DNA of 63,194 nucleotides, counting the filler, from Hyphochytrium catenoides (taxonomy: Eukaryota > Protista > Hyphochytriomycota): NCBI GenBank assembly GCA_900088475.1. It is 9 parts of 9 records of this genome, joined end to end, with 100 filler letters (N's around TTAATTAATTAA, not from the genome) between each part and the next. Parts side by side here need not be neighbours in the genome. Positions count along the whole stretch, not along the records: positions 19,790 to 32,869 come from FLMG01002705.1; positions 32,970 to 39,250 come from FLMG01000235.1; positions 39,351 to 42,921 come from FLMG01000122.1; 6 more parts are not named here. The stretch is one strand, 5' to 3'. Position numbers and translations under genes: made by a program. How positions within the stretch are numbered: the stretch's first letter is position 1; each line of letters opens with the position of its first letter. Under the pieces are notes generated by a model. The model did not search any database. It was given only the letters and a program-made list of their open reading frames with translations, and had not been told where the DNA came from. Below are positions 29,289 to 42,260 of the stretch, one piece after another.

Positions 29289-30819
29289 CTCTCATTCTTT
29301 CTCTTCTGTCTATCTGTGTTCCGGACGCACACACAGAGCCCATCCTGTCTCCCTTACTGCTTCTCATCAAATCATTCACATTTCCCTCTCAGGCACGAAT
29401 TGCAGCTGTCGAAGCAGAAAATGCCAGCTTATCCGGCATACTTAGGCAATATAAAGAGAGAGAGCAGAGAGATGCGAAGGTGAGTTAGAAAGGAAGACAA
29501 TCTATAAACGTTTCCTTTGCTTTCCCTTTCCCTTCCTAAAGCCTCGTTACCAGAGTTCTCCCCGGTCTCAGGAATCTTTCTTCCACAGTCTCTCTCTCTC
29601 TCTCTCTCTCTGTTTTCTGTCTCTGTTTCTCCTCGTCCCTCTTCAACTCTCTCTTCCATCTCAGCCCTCGGATAACAGGTTACCAGCACTGTCCTCACGT
29701 CCTCTCTTCTCTCTCTCAAAAAAAATATGTAGTTTCCTCTCACACCTTACCCGTTCTTTGTCTATAAAGTCATTCCTTCCCCGCTCTCTTCTGACTCGTT
29801 CTTCCTTCGTCCCTTTTGCATTCTTCTCTCTCTCTCTCTCTCTCTCTCTCNNNNNNNNNNNNNNNNNNNNCTCTCTCCCTCTCTCTCTCTCTCTCTCTCT
29901 GTGTCCATGTGTGTGTGTCTCCCCCACATCATCTTTCCTTTGATCGCAGGAAGTCAACGCCATTCTTCGTGCGCATTTTGAAGATACTCAGGGTCTTCCA
30001 GACGTGCGGATATTAGCGGAACATCTGGCCCGATCGGCAGAGAGACAGCGAAGTCTGAAAGAAGAGAACCAAGAGCTGCGAGACAGAGTGCAGGTCGTGG
30101 AGCATGAAGCGAAGAAGCTGAAGCAAACTAAGGTGAGAGACACTTGAGCGGGAGAGAGAAAGAGAGAGACAGTGGAAGAAACAAAGGAGACTGTGCGTCA
30201 GTGGGGACCGAGAGAGAGAGGAGAGAGAGGGAGAGATCTAGAGAGACAGAAGTCGAACCAGAAAGAGAGAAAATGATTGGAGCGAGGAGGAGTAAGAAAC
30301 GGTGGAGAGAGAGACGAAGTGAACATTAGAGTGAAGTGACGCTATCGGAAGCAGGGGCCGGAGAGAAGCACTGGATATGGCACTGGGACAGAGGAGACAT
30401 GTGCATGACCTATCATTGCAAGCGTAACTACAAAGTGAAAACTCTCTCTCACGTGCTTACTCTGCTCCTCTTCTCTCTCTCTTGTTTCTCTCTCTCCATC
30501 GATGCTTCCGCGCTGCCTTCTAGGCGCACATTCTGAAGCTTGAGAAGGCCCTCACAATGCAAGCTGCGTACATCCAGAGGCTTCAGGAAGATCAACAGAA
30601 GCTCGCCGTCTACAAAGTTGGTCTTTCGCTCTCTCTTTCTCACTCTCTCTCTCCCTCCTTTTCTCTTTCTCTCGCTCTCTCTCCTCCTGCCCCTGCCTCT
30701 GTCTGCTACCGTTGTATCTTCTCCATTTTCCTATCTTGAAGCTAGTCTTCCTGCTTCGCTGACCTCGTAACACTCCCTCATTGACAGAGACTGCCTTACA
30801 GAACCATCCCCGCTCTTAG

Positions 30820-30876
<57 letters not shown>

Positions 30877-31589
30877 ATTCTCTCTCTTTCACTGTATGTG
30901 TGAAGACGATAAGGGCATGAGTTTTCTCCGTTCTCCTTCATTCTCCTGCATCTCCCTTTTTCTCAGCTATTCTCTTCCTGCTCACATTCACTTCTTCTCA
31001 CTTCTCTCTTACTGCACTCTCTCTTTCACTTTCACTCTGTCTCTCTCACACACAATCAACACTCTCTCTTTCGCTGGCCCGCCCCTCACTCGCTCTGTTC
31101 TTCGTTACAGTCTACGGTGGGAACTCAAGAGCGCGTCATAGAAAAGCTGCAGAAGATCATAGAATCTAAACTTAAAGCAGGAGCTCTCCCCTCCGTGAGC
31201 GAGACTCCTCCACCAACAGTCTCTCCTTCCCCTTCTGTCCCAGCCGCAGACTCCGGAGGAGAGAAGAAGGTAGAAGACACAGGAGGAGAGAAAGGAGCAG
31301 AAAGTGAACAGAAGAAGACAGTTCCGGAAGCTGCTTTGGTCGAAAGTCCGAAGGAGGAGCAAGAGCGCCAACCCTCGGAGGCAGGAGGTGGAGATGTTAC
31401 CTTAGAAGCGCGGTGCAAGGTGAGCGAGCTCTCTCTTCTTGGTCCTGTCCTCTCAAACACTTCGGCTCCGTTCTTCGCCTCTCTCTCTCTCTTCTTCTTT
31501 CTCTCCTGTCTGTCCCGGTCTCTCTCCTGAGGTCGTGGTGCAACTGGTTAGTACATACGGTGTTCATCCACTTCTCCCTTCTTTCTTCC

Positions 31590-31637
<48 letters not shown>

Positions 31638-31904
31638 TGTGTCCGGCTTACACTGTGTCTATCTTTCTTTCTCTCTCCGCTCTCTCTCTCTCTGTTTCTC
31701 TCATTCTTCAATATTATCTCGCTGCAACAGGCGTTGCAGGAGCAGATGGTTCTCAATGCTAAGGAAGCGCAGGCAAAGATCACGAACCTTGAGATGCGTC
31801 TCTTTGAGTTTGAGATGGCGGCAGGGGAGAACAATGGAGGAGAGGGAGACGCAGGAGGCATGGATGACTCTGACCTTCCTGACATGGGTGACTTTGGGGC
31901 TTAG
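22999..31904 (+). CDS. C2-domain + coiled-coil protein, CCDC33-like
   Basis: Multi-exon gene. C2-like segments (TVYVVVRRCAELP..PSPTVELRV; ATWNE; DPTWNYPMLF..ILIQLF). Coiled-coil exons (LQNELQKRTEAVRQCGVDL; QAAYIQRLQ..YKSTVGTQERVIEKLQ; ALQEQMVLNAKEAQAKITNL) resemble CCDC33. Stop TAG at 31902-31904. The family call comes from motif recognition only. Confidence 0.7.
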
Positions 31905-32046
31905 CCACGAGAGAGACAGAGAGAGTGAGAGATCTATAGGGAGAAATTGTTGAGAAGAACAGACTCTTTGGCTTGGGGCTTAGCCACGAGAGAGACAGAG
32001 AGAGAGAGAGATCTATAGGGAGAAATTGTTGAGAAGAACAGACTCT
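31894..32046 (+). repeat. 79-bp-period tandem duplication spanning the stop codon and 3' UTR
   Basis: ttggggcttagccacgagagagacaga...gagaagaacagactct occurs at 31894-31967 and again at 31973-32046. Confidence 0.9.
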
Positions 32047-32987
32047 CCTCTTGCACTGGAGGATGTCCGTGGTCTAGACATCCTCTTTTAGCCTCCTCCT
32101 CGGCCAAGCCTGCTAGCACGTATTTTTAGTCTTTCTCTCTTTCTCCTGCTTTCTTCTCTCTTTTTTCATACAAAAGTGACAGGAGGAACCGCGGGCGTGA
32201 GAGAGAGAGAGGCTCGATGTGTATCTGTTATCATATGTACGTACACGATGGCTATTTATTTTTCATGGAGCGAAGCACTTCTCCTCTCCATCACTTTCTT
32301 TCTCCTATTTCTCTCTTCTCGACGTCCTCTTCCAGTCTCTTGCCCAAGAAAGAGAGAGACGAGGACAAGGGAGACACAGGATGTGAGAAGGTTGAGAAAT
32401 TATTTGAGATAGGTTGGCAGGTGCGTTGATGGAAAGAAGAGAGAGACTATAAGCAGAAGCGGCTTCTATAGCTCAGTGATGATTTTGGAAGGACAGCGAA
32501 GACGCAGCTAGATGGAGAGGGGGAGAGAGGATGAGACGAAAGAGAGAAAGAGGTAAGCGAAAGCATGCGCTTCAAGGAGCAAGTATGTTTCTAGCTAGTA
32601 TATTGGTCTTTATGCAGAGCTATAGTTAGATAAAGCCGAGAGAATGGGAGCAAAGAAGAGAGACCGACGATAATAACGCTGCCGAGGTTCTATGGAAAAA
32701 ATTTGAGAGCCATAAAGAGAGAGAAAGAGAGAAGGCGTAAGGCAATAGAGAGAGATTAGAGACAAAAGGAAAAGCGACAGGCCTTCCTCTCTCTTCATTC
32801 CACTTAGTGGTTTGCCTTCATGGTAGCAGTCACTGCCTTCTGCTTGTACTTGATCGTGGCTGGGTATCCNNNNNNNNNNNNNNNNNNNNNNNNNNNNNNN
32901 NNNNNNNNNNNNNTTAATTAATTAANNNNNNNNNNNNNNNNNNNNNNNNNNNNNNNNNNNNNNNNNNNNCCCGCTCTCTCTCTCTCG

Positions 32988-33039
<52 letters not shown>

Positions 33040-33360
33040 CTTTCTCTCTCTCTCTCTCTTCCTCTCCCGCATTAGTCAGTCTCATCTTATGAGCCTTCTC
33101 ATTCTGTCAATCCAAATCTCCCCAATGAGAAAGCGGAGCAATAAAGGAAGAAGGAAAAGCTGTGCCGGATGAGAGAGTAAGAGAGCGTAGAGATATGAAG
33201 ATGACGGTATAATATCAATGGCCATTGAAATTCACGATGAGAGACAGAGTAACAAAGGGAGAGAGAGAGAAAGGGAATGAGATAAGAGCGAGGGAGCCGC
33301 CCCTTGCCACGCTATTCTCTTGCAGTCCTTCTTGGGCTTGCTCCTCTCTCTCTTGCCTTT

Positions 33361-33391
<31 letters not shown>

Positions 33392-33857
33392 TTCTTTCCC
33401 TCTTTCTCTCTCTCTCTTCTTCCCTCCCTTCCAATCTATCCCTCTTTCTCCTCTACAAATAGAAAAAGAGAATTATAGAGAAGTCCTCATCCCCAGACCC
33501 AGTCAAGTCTAAGGAAGCGCTGTCTAGATTCCTGCTTGGTCCCGACCAGAGAAAGAAAGACGGAAGGAGAGCAAGGGAGAGTGAGAGAGAGAAAGACCAA
33601 GCAAAAAAAAGCAAGCAGGAACCAGCGCAAAGAGTCCTACGACCAGCTGAGTTATTGCCACAATATCTCTTATTTCTCTCTCTCTCTCTCTCTCTCTCCT
33701 CTTTCTCGCTCTGCTACTAATGAACAACATCACTTTCCGTCTATAGCTGTCTGCATCTCGGGGTCTTCCTTCGGTGAGAGAGGCTTCTTACACGAAGAGA
33801 CAGAAAGAGAACGACAACGAAGAGAATTAACCAATTGCAACGGGACGGAAGAAGGGG

Positions 33858-33893
<36 letters not shown>

Positions 33894-33933
33894 CCACGTT
33901 ATGGAGAGAGCGAAAGACCACACACACACACAC

Positions 33934-33965
<32 letters not shown>

Positions 33966-34789
33966 TTCATACGAACCATCCCCGTCCCGGCACAATGCCA
34001 ACTTTCTATTGAACGCCGGCTATTCTCTCCGTCAGTTGTCTCTCTCTGATGATAATCTCTTGCTGTTCTCCTAGTCATTGTCTCTGGTCACCTCAAGGTG
34101 AAGGCGGTGATTGACGCTGCTGAGAGTCTTCTCCTGGCCTGATGTTCCTGAAGCTCTGAGGCCTCTGCGCTTCTTGACTGGTGATGACGCCGCCAAGCGA
34201 CGCCATCTGCAGATGAGGCAATGTTCTTGCTCCCTTCGTCTGCCTCATCATTCTGTTGCTTCTAGAATGACCGCAGGGTTCGAACGCCATGGCCCTGCAT
34301 AGACATGATGGCGGCTAATTATCATGCTGTAGACCTCGGGGACAGTTGGATTGGAAGGCTCTGACCCCACCAATTAGACAAGAAAGACGGGCGTTGAGCA
34401 TGCAAAGGCGGCTGTTCTATGTTTTGCTTACTAATCACTGATGATATTCTACGCCGAATGATCTATCTTTTGAGAAGCGGCGGTATTGCTGATGAGAAAG
34501 TGGCGGGACGGATCGGTGCATGTTGACGACGGCATTGCCAGTGCTAATAACAGTGGCTGCGATTTTCTCGCATGGTGAAGATGAACAGCTGACCTGCCCG
34601 TGTGAGGCCCACCTTGTTTAGACGCTGGGACCACCCTCTAGACATGAAGGACTGACGAGGCTTTCTCCTCTTACCAGCAAGAGAAGGGTGCTGAGATAAG
34701 GACCACGCCAGAGAAATGCAGCCAGCACGCTCCACGACCTTTAAGGATGGAAAGGACGCGAGCAGCGATGGACAGAGATGATGTTATTA

Positions 34790-35591
34790 CGTGAGCGTCA
34801 CTAGGCTTGAAGCCAACTGGTATCCACGTCACTCTGCTTCTGGGAGGCTATGGGTCTTTAGGGGTAACTAGCAAGGGAGGGACAAGCGCATGCCCGAGGC
34901 TGGCATGAAGCCCAATAAAGTGATATCAGCTGCTCTGGAGGTGTTGGAAGGTGCCATCAAGGACCTCAGCGCAAGAGAGCAGAGATGCGTCTGGACGAAC
35001 GATGTCAATCTGAACTTGACAAGAGAAAAGCCCTCCTCACCACTCGGACCTTACGAAGCCCTACTTGCCTTTGCATCCGTTATCCCATCTTCTCTGCCCT
35101 GAGGCCCTCTAGGGGACCTTCTAGAGTACGCTTACTACGACGCTACACCTTTCATTTCCTGATATCTCGCTATTTCAAGGCTTTGACCTCCAGCCCGGCC
35201 ATGGAGGAGATCCTGTCTAAAGCGCATGCCTGAGGCTGGCGTTGACCTAATCAGATCAGCTGCTCTGAGGTGCTGAAGGCGCACATCAACGCTAAAGAGC
35301 TGGAAAGCAGACCTGTTTCTGCGTGAGAAGATGCCGTCGGTAGCAGTGAGGCCAACTGAGACCCACTTCAATCTGCTCCTGGGAGGCATGGGGTCTCTGG
35401 GTAAGTGGCAGGCAATGGAGAAGATCCTGTGCAAGCGCATGCCTGAGGCTGGCGTGGAGCCCAATGAGATCAGCTTGCTCTGAGGCACTAAAGGCGTACA
35501 TCAAGGCTGGGGAGCTTGAGATGGCTGAGGTGTTTCTGCGTGAGAGCATACCATCGCTAGCAATGAACCCCGACGTTCGACATCTCCATCT
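34790..35591 (+). pseudogene. Decayed PPR-repeat fragments homologous to the downstream array
   Basis: Blocks at about 34790-34990 and 35197-35591 share sequence with the array (aagcgcatgcctgaggctggcgt, cacttcaatctgctcctgggaggc, aaggcgtacatcaaggctggggagcttgag) but carry frameshifting indels. Confidence 0.85.
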
Positions 35592-37332
35592 GGCCAATAG
35601 AATCAGTCAGCCTCGCAAGTAAGCTCCTGTCCACTGCCGGCGATATTCCTTACCGGTGAGAGACCTGAGGACGTGATAGTGCTTGGATGAGGGAGTCAGG
35701 TGGTAGAAGGAGCCGGAACTCTTGCCGTAGCTCCGAGGCCCTTTTGATAGCTTTGCGTGTGCTTGATGGTCAGTAGCAGGTAGTCCGAGGCCAGCTCTGT
35801 CTATGGATGGTGGTCGGTCCAGAGCATACCAGTAGGAGACCTATCATCACGCTTTACTAGGTTCTTACACCTCCGCGAGTGTGAAGTCTGTCATTAGTTT
35901 TATAATAAGAGCAGGAGGGCAAGTCCCTCCAGAGATGGTCTAAGAGCTAGAGACCAAGCTTTCAGTGCAAATGCAGTCGATCAGGTTGCTTTCTTATATA
36001 TGTTAGAGGCTGTGGCCCATGAGGGATGGGGGCTGCTAGCTGATGAGGGTTTATAGGTAGGGACAGCCATGCAAGGGCCGTATCATCAAGAATGGGGAGT
36101 TGATGACCGACTAGCTCTCGAGCTACTGGCCGGGGAACGTAAAGCATTATCCTCGGAAGGATTGTCAAACCTCTTTGACACCGTCAAACCATATCTACTT
36201 GTCAAGGGGTGACCAGGGTCTCCTAACCTCTGCCTCAACCTCCAGCGAAATACTGATCCTTTCTCATAAGGACAATGTAGCCGGTCAAGGTTAGAAGGTG
36301 TGACCTCCCAGAGAGTCAGGAGTCTTAAGGAGAGGCCCAAAGACGGGCTTGCGTGACGTCTCCCACCCAAAGCATGGACAGCACCTTGAAAGCCGGCGGA
36401 GGTCTGTTGAGGAGGACAGGATCTCGAGGCACTACTAGCAGCCCAGCGAATGGCAAAGCGGAGGAGTAGGGAACGACGCGGCAGGATGCGCTGAGCAGCT
36501 GCAGTTCATTTACAAAGAGGAATGCGCACCAAGAGTGCCAACCGTCCAAGATTAACAGCAGAGGATGGTCCTCTGCACACTGCTGCTAACCGCTCACGCA
36601 GCAACTCTATGACCCAGACACTGGTAGATGCATCGTCCTCGAAAAGCCGTAGAGCTATCAGGATGAAAAGTAGTACGTATGTCTTAGTCCTTGCTGCTGC
36701 TTCATCCCATCCACATTACTCGCTATCAGTCGTAAAGCCATCAGGATGAGGTTGTCAGAGACCTGGCACCCATCGTCCATCCCTCGCAGGTATATCCTGG
36801 CATTGGTGCCGCGGTCACGTCTGCATGACACCAAGGACAACGCTGAATTGCTGATGCAGACGCCGCAGACTGAAGATTATAAAATGAAGATCATCGGCCA
36901 CGATGACAGGCGATGCGCCACACAGCCGCTAACGGACACCCCTTTATAAGGGTAAAGGCCAGTGATTTGTGAAGCGCGATGATGGTCCTTCGAGGCCCCG
37001 CTGCTGCTGGCTCATCAACCGATTGCAGAGCCCACAGAGCTCGACGCCAGAGCCATCAGCTGGCAATAGCAGACGACTGGAAGCCTCTCGTGAGCACGAA
37101 GGTGAGCATTTGTCTGTTATACTCAGTCAGCAGCGGGCGAGGAGGAGGAGACAAGGCCCTATTATGTGTCATGGTCTGGCATTTGCCCTGATCGTAGCTA
37201 CAGTCGGTGCTCGGTGCGTCGGACTGTTGGCGTTCGGACGGAAGACACAGATGATGATAGAGTGATGTCTCTGTGACCCGTCAAGCTCTTCCAGAAAGAG
37301 TGCAAAGGGTTGCTGCTCCTCCACCTTAGACA

Positions 37333-39250
37333 ATGGTCATGGCTACTGTGAATGCCCGTCTGGGTGTGATGGCTCGCTGCCGAGCCGACTACTATCTGAG
37401 CTGGGCCAATGCGACCTGGAGTTGGATGCTAATTTCTCAGTCTTGCAGGAGACCCATTAGCCTGAGGGCTTCCACTGATCTCACCAGCCCAATGTCGTGG
37501 ACCTCTCTCCGAGAGCGATGCTCAGGACGAAGGTTGGGCCCAAGGGGAAAGGTTTATGGGAGAGCCCTCTCCACCTCGCAGGTTAGAGCTGAGAAGGGAG
37601 GCAGACGTCGTCCTAATCGTCAGCATACGGGAAGGGATACGGCGGGCCATGGAAGCAAACCACCTCCGGTTGTGGGCTCTACTCGACGGGTTGCTAAGTA
37701 TGGAGCCGCTAAAACCCTTGGTGCCGTTCAGGCGTACAGCAAGGCTGGGGAGGATGAAAAGGCAAACGTGTTTCTGTGTGGGGGCATGCAATCGCTAGGA
37801 GTGAAGCCAACTGATATTCACTTCAATCAGCTCCTGAGAGGCTATGGATCTCTGGGTAAGTGGCAGGCAATGGAGGAGATCTTGTACCAGCGCATGCCTG
37901 AGGCTGGCGTGAAGCCTGATGAGATCACCTGCTCTGAGGCGCTGAAGGCGTACATCAAAGCTGGGGAGCTTGAGAGGGCAGAGCTGTTCCTCCGCGAGAG
38001 AATACCTTCGCTAGGAGTTACGCTAACTGATATCCACTTCAACCTGCTCCTGGGAGGTTATGGATCTCTGGGTAACTGGCAGGCAACGGAGGAGATCCTG
38101 TACCAGCGCATGCCTGAGGCTGGCGTGAAGCCTGATGAGATCAGCTGCTCTGAGGCGCTGAAGGCGTACATCAACGCTGGAGAGCTCGAGAGGGCAGAGA
38201 TGTTCCTGCGTGAGAGGATACCATCGGTAGGAGTGAAGCCAACTGATATCCACTTCAATCTGCTGCTGGGAGGCTATGGGTCTCAGGGTAACTGGCAGTC
38301 AATGGAGGAGATCCTGTACCAGCGCATGCCTGAGGCTGGCGTGAAGCCTGGTAAGATTAACTGCTCTGAGGTACTAAAGGCGTACATCAAGGCTGGGGAG
38401 CTTGAGAGGGCAGAGATGTTCCTGCGTGAGGGCATGCCATCGCTAGGAGTGAAGCCAAATGATCTCCACTTCACCCTGCTCCTGCGAGGCTATGGCTCTC
38501 TGGGTAACTGGCGGGCAATGGAGGAAATCCTGTACCAGCGCATGCCTGAGGCTGGCGTGAAGCCTGATGAGATCAGCTGCTCTGAGGCGCTGAAGGCGTA
38601 CATCAAGGCGGGAAAGGTTGAGAGGGCAGAGGTGTTCCTCCGCGAAAGGATACCATCGGTAGGGGTGAAGCTAACTGATATCCACTTCAACCTGCTCCTG
38701 GGAGGCTATGGCTCTCTGGGTAACTGGCAGTCAATGGAGGAGATCCTGTACCAGCGCATGCCTGAGGCTGGCGTGAAGCCTGATGAGATCAGTTGCTCTG
38801 AGGCGCTGAAGGCGTACATCAACGCTGGGGAGCTTGAGAGGGCAGAGGTGTTCCTGCGTGAGAGGATAGCACCGCTAGGAGTGAAGCTAACTGATATCCA
38901 CTTCAATCTGCTGCTGGGAGTCTATGGGTCTCTGGGTTACTGGCAGTCAATGGAGGAGATCCTGTACCAGCGCATGTCTGAAGCTGGCGTGGAGCCTGGT
39001 AAGATTAACTGCTCTGAGGCACTAAAGGCGTACATCAAGGCTGGAGAGCTTGAGAGGGCAGAGATGTTCCTGCGTGAGGGCATGCCATCGCTAGGAGTGA
39101 AGCCAAATGATCTCCACTTCACAAGGCTCCTGCGACGCTATGGCTCTCTGGGTAACTGGCAGGCAATGGAGGAAATCCTGTACCAGCGCATGCCTGAGGC
39201 TGGCGTGAAGCCTGATGAGATCAGCTGCTCTGAGGCGCTGAAGGCGTACA
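37333..39250 (+). CDS. Pentatricopeptide-repeat (PPR) protein, probably mitochondrial, 3' truncated
   Basis: Intronless ORF with at least 13 alternating 36-aa PPR-like motifs (DIHFNLLLGGYGSLGNWQAMEEILYQRMPEAGVKPD / EISCSEALKAYIKAGELERAEMFLRERIPSLGVKPT). The Arg/Ser-rich N-terminus contains GRALSTS. The true start codon is uncertain (37333, 37426 or 37492). Confidence 0.88.
37813..39250 (+). repeat. 216-bp coding tandem repeat with 648-bp higher-order unit
   Basis: Units start at 37813, 38029, 38245, 38461, 38677, 38893 and 39109. Diagnostic variants recur every third unit. Confidence 0.92.
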
Positions 39251-39586
39251 NNNNNNNNNNNNNNNNNNNNNNNNNNNNNNNNNNNNNNNNNNNNTTAATT
39301 AATTAANNNNNNNNNNNNNNNNNNNNNNNNNNNNNNNNNNNNNNNNNNNNAGAGAGAGAGAGGAGAGAGAGAGAGGAGAGAGAGAGAGAGAGGAGAGAGA
39401 AAGGGATTTAGAGGGAGTATCGTAACAATGTAGGAGAGAAAAGAGAGAGATGACATGAAGCTGAAAGAGGAGAGATTTCCTGAGCCCATGGACAAATGCA
39501 AATCGATAGGGAGAGCTGGCTGGGAAGTGGGGAGGAGGGGGGTTTGGGAAGAGAGAGAGAAAGAAGGAAAAAGGGAGGATCCTTAC

Positions 39587-39891
39587 CGTCATGACAAAGA
39601 AGGCATTGGTTCTCTCTTTGAAGTACGGGAAGAGAGGCTCATACTTCAGTCCCTTCAGCTCTTTACCCTTGTAACGCTGAAGAATCTAATAGGAGAGAGA
39701 CAGGAAAGGGAGTGTGAGAAAGAGAGAGAGAGAGAGAAACAAAGAAAAGAGTATGACAGGGCTCCAGAACGTAGGTGATACGATGGCTATCAATCTGAAA
39801 AGTGAGAAGGAGAAAGAGTCTCACGTAAAAGACGAAGTAAAGAACTACGACGCTATTCATTAAGGGCATCACAATCCTTTTCCAATCTTTC

Positions 39892-39949
<58 letters not shown>

Positions 39950-40894
39950 TTCTTTCTCTCTCTCTCTTTCTTTCTACATCTCCCTTTTTGCTCATTCTCC
40001 TACCTCAAACTCTCCGCCAGGGTAGTTTGGTTTCTTCATCTTGGGATAGACAGAGGCTAGCGCGCTGTTGGCGGCGCCAAGGATGTACTGCTTTCCAGTC
40101 TTTATGTCCTGTGAGGGTAGGGAAAGTGAAGAGAAGAAAATAGAAAGAGAGAGGATGTGTTTGTGTGCGTGAGAGAGAGAGTGATCGAGAAAGAGAGACG
40201 AGAAAGAGAAGGAACACCAGAGTCCAAGGGCACAGAATGAGGAGGACGCAGGGACGGTAAAAAGCGAACAGAGAGAGGAAAACAAAAAGAGAACAAGGGA
40301 GAGAAAGGGAACAAGGGAGAGAAAGAGAGAGAAACAAAGAAGCTTAATGACACAGTCAAACGAACCTTGATCTTCACGTACTCCAGCTCTGGGTGTACAC
40401 AGAGGCCAAGGTTGGAAGGAAGAGTCCAAGGAGTGGTCGTCCACGCCAGGAAAGCGGTCTGGAGATAAATATGAGGAGGGAATGTGGAGAGAAGAGAGAG
40501 AGAGAGAGACCACAGGGAGAGAGACACATAAACATGCAGAGAAGGGAAAGAGAGAGAAAGGGACATGAAAGTGAGTGACAGAATAGGCAGGGATCCAAGA
40601 GTTCGGTGTACGCGCAGATAAGCTCAAACAATAAGACCAAATGATTGCGAGAGAAAAAGGAGAGAGAAGGGGGAGGCGAGGAAGAAAGAAAGAGTAAAGA
40701 GAGAGAGAGAGAGACGGATAGAGAGACGGACCTCCTTATCATCCACTAGAGGGAACGTGACGATAACAGCAGGGTCCGCGACGTCTTGATAGTTAAGATT
40801 CGCCTCGAAGTTGGAGAGAGGAGTCGTGCAGCCGGTGGAGTAAGGGAGAATCTTGTACCCGCGGTANNNNNNNNNNNNAAAGAGAGAGAGGGAA

Positions 40895-40933
<39 letters not shown>

Positions 40934-42223
40934 AGGGAAAGAGAGAGAGGGAAAGGGAGAGAGAGAGAGACAGAGAGAGAGTGTGAGTACTGAACCCTTG
41001 ATTGGATTGGGTAGAAAGCAACATAGAGCGACAAGACGAACAGAGAAAGGGGACACATAGAGAAAAATGAAAGAGCAGAGTGAAGTTCTCAGTAGCTGCA
41101 AATAGCGAAAGTCATAGGAAGAGGGGAAGTCCAGGAAGAGAGAAAGAAAGAAAGAGCGTTAGCTACTTACCCTTTTCGAAGAGCTGCTTGAAGACCCACC
41201 AGACAGACTCCATATACCATGGCTCCATCGTCTAATGGGATAAAAGTGTCAGCTCTCTCTCTCTTCCTTCCATTACTATTCTGTTCCGCTCTCCTCTCTC
41301 TCTCTCTCTGTCCATCTTTTCAGAGGTATGCAAGGGGAAGTAGACTTCTTGAGATGCAGGAAACTGGAGATAAAAAGGAGAAAGGCTATATTGGAAGAGT
41401 ATGCCCTAAGAAGGGAGAAGCTTACGAGAGACAGATTGACCAAAAAAAAAGGAGTGAGGGACCTGACGAAGTAAACCGGAACCAGAAAGAGAGAAACCAA
41501 ACAAAGATCGACAAAAAGACACAGAATAGAGGAGAAAAGAAGGAAGGCTGAATGACAGAGACGGAGAGCGACAAGAGGAGAGATACACAGAGAGAGAGCG
41601 AGAGACAGAAATGGAGATACCGTGAGAGATAGGGAGAGACGGTGAGAGAGAGAGAGAGAGAGAGAGAGAGTGAGTGGATCCCTGACCTTATAATCATTCT
41701 GAAAGTCAATCCACCTGCCGATCCTGGTGACGGTGGCTTCCCATTCCTTTGTATAGCGATCCACAATCCCGCGGCACTCCGCATTATACTTATCTATTCC
41801 CATCGATAAAACCTAAATAAATGCAGAATAAAATAACATAAGACACTCCCTAGAGCATTAAGGGGCTTTAAGACTCTTAACCAGAAAATGAGGCACACAG
41901 AAAGTGCCACGCATAAAGTCCATCGAGATCAGCTTTTGAAAGAGAAAAAAGAGGTAATTGAAAGAATAAAGTGCGGATTAATTTGGATAAAAGAGGTTAA
42001 AGAGTTATTAGAAGAGAAAGGCTGACCATGTCTCGGCCTGTGATCTTTAGCTTCTTGTCGATCTCAAACTCAACTGGCACACCTGGAGAGAGATAATGAG
42101 AGAGAGAGAGAGAGAGAAAAAGAGAGAGAAAGAAAGAAAAGAGAGAGTAAGAAAGAGTGAGAGAGATATGGAAAGAGAGAGAGAGGAAAATAGAGAGGGA
42201 GTGGGAAAGTGAGAGAGAGAGAG

Positions 42224-42260
<37 letters not shown>

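Noticed and set aside
32804-32869. Possible last exon (GYPATIKYKQKAVTATMKANH*) on the minus strand
   Set aside because: Only 22 codons at a contig end, too short to assign.
35620-37300. Coding-like islands between the PPR pseudogene and the PPR gene
   Set aside because: Short, frameshifted and unrecognised. Cannot be supported without a search.
37813-39250. CRISPR-like interpretation of the regular repeats (also 58101-59864)
   Set aside because: Units are multiples of 3, fully coding and lack unique spacers. They are protein tandem repeats.
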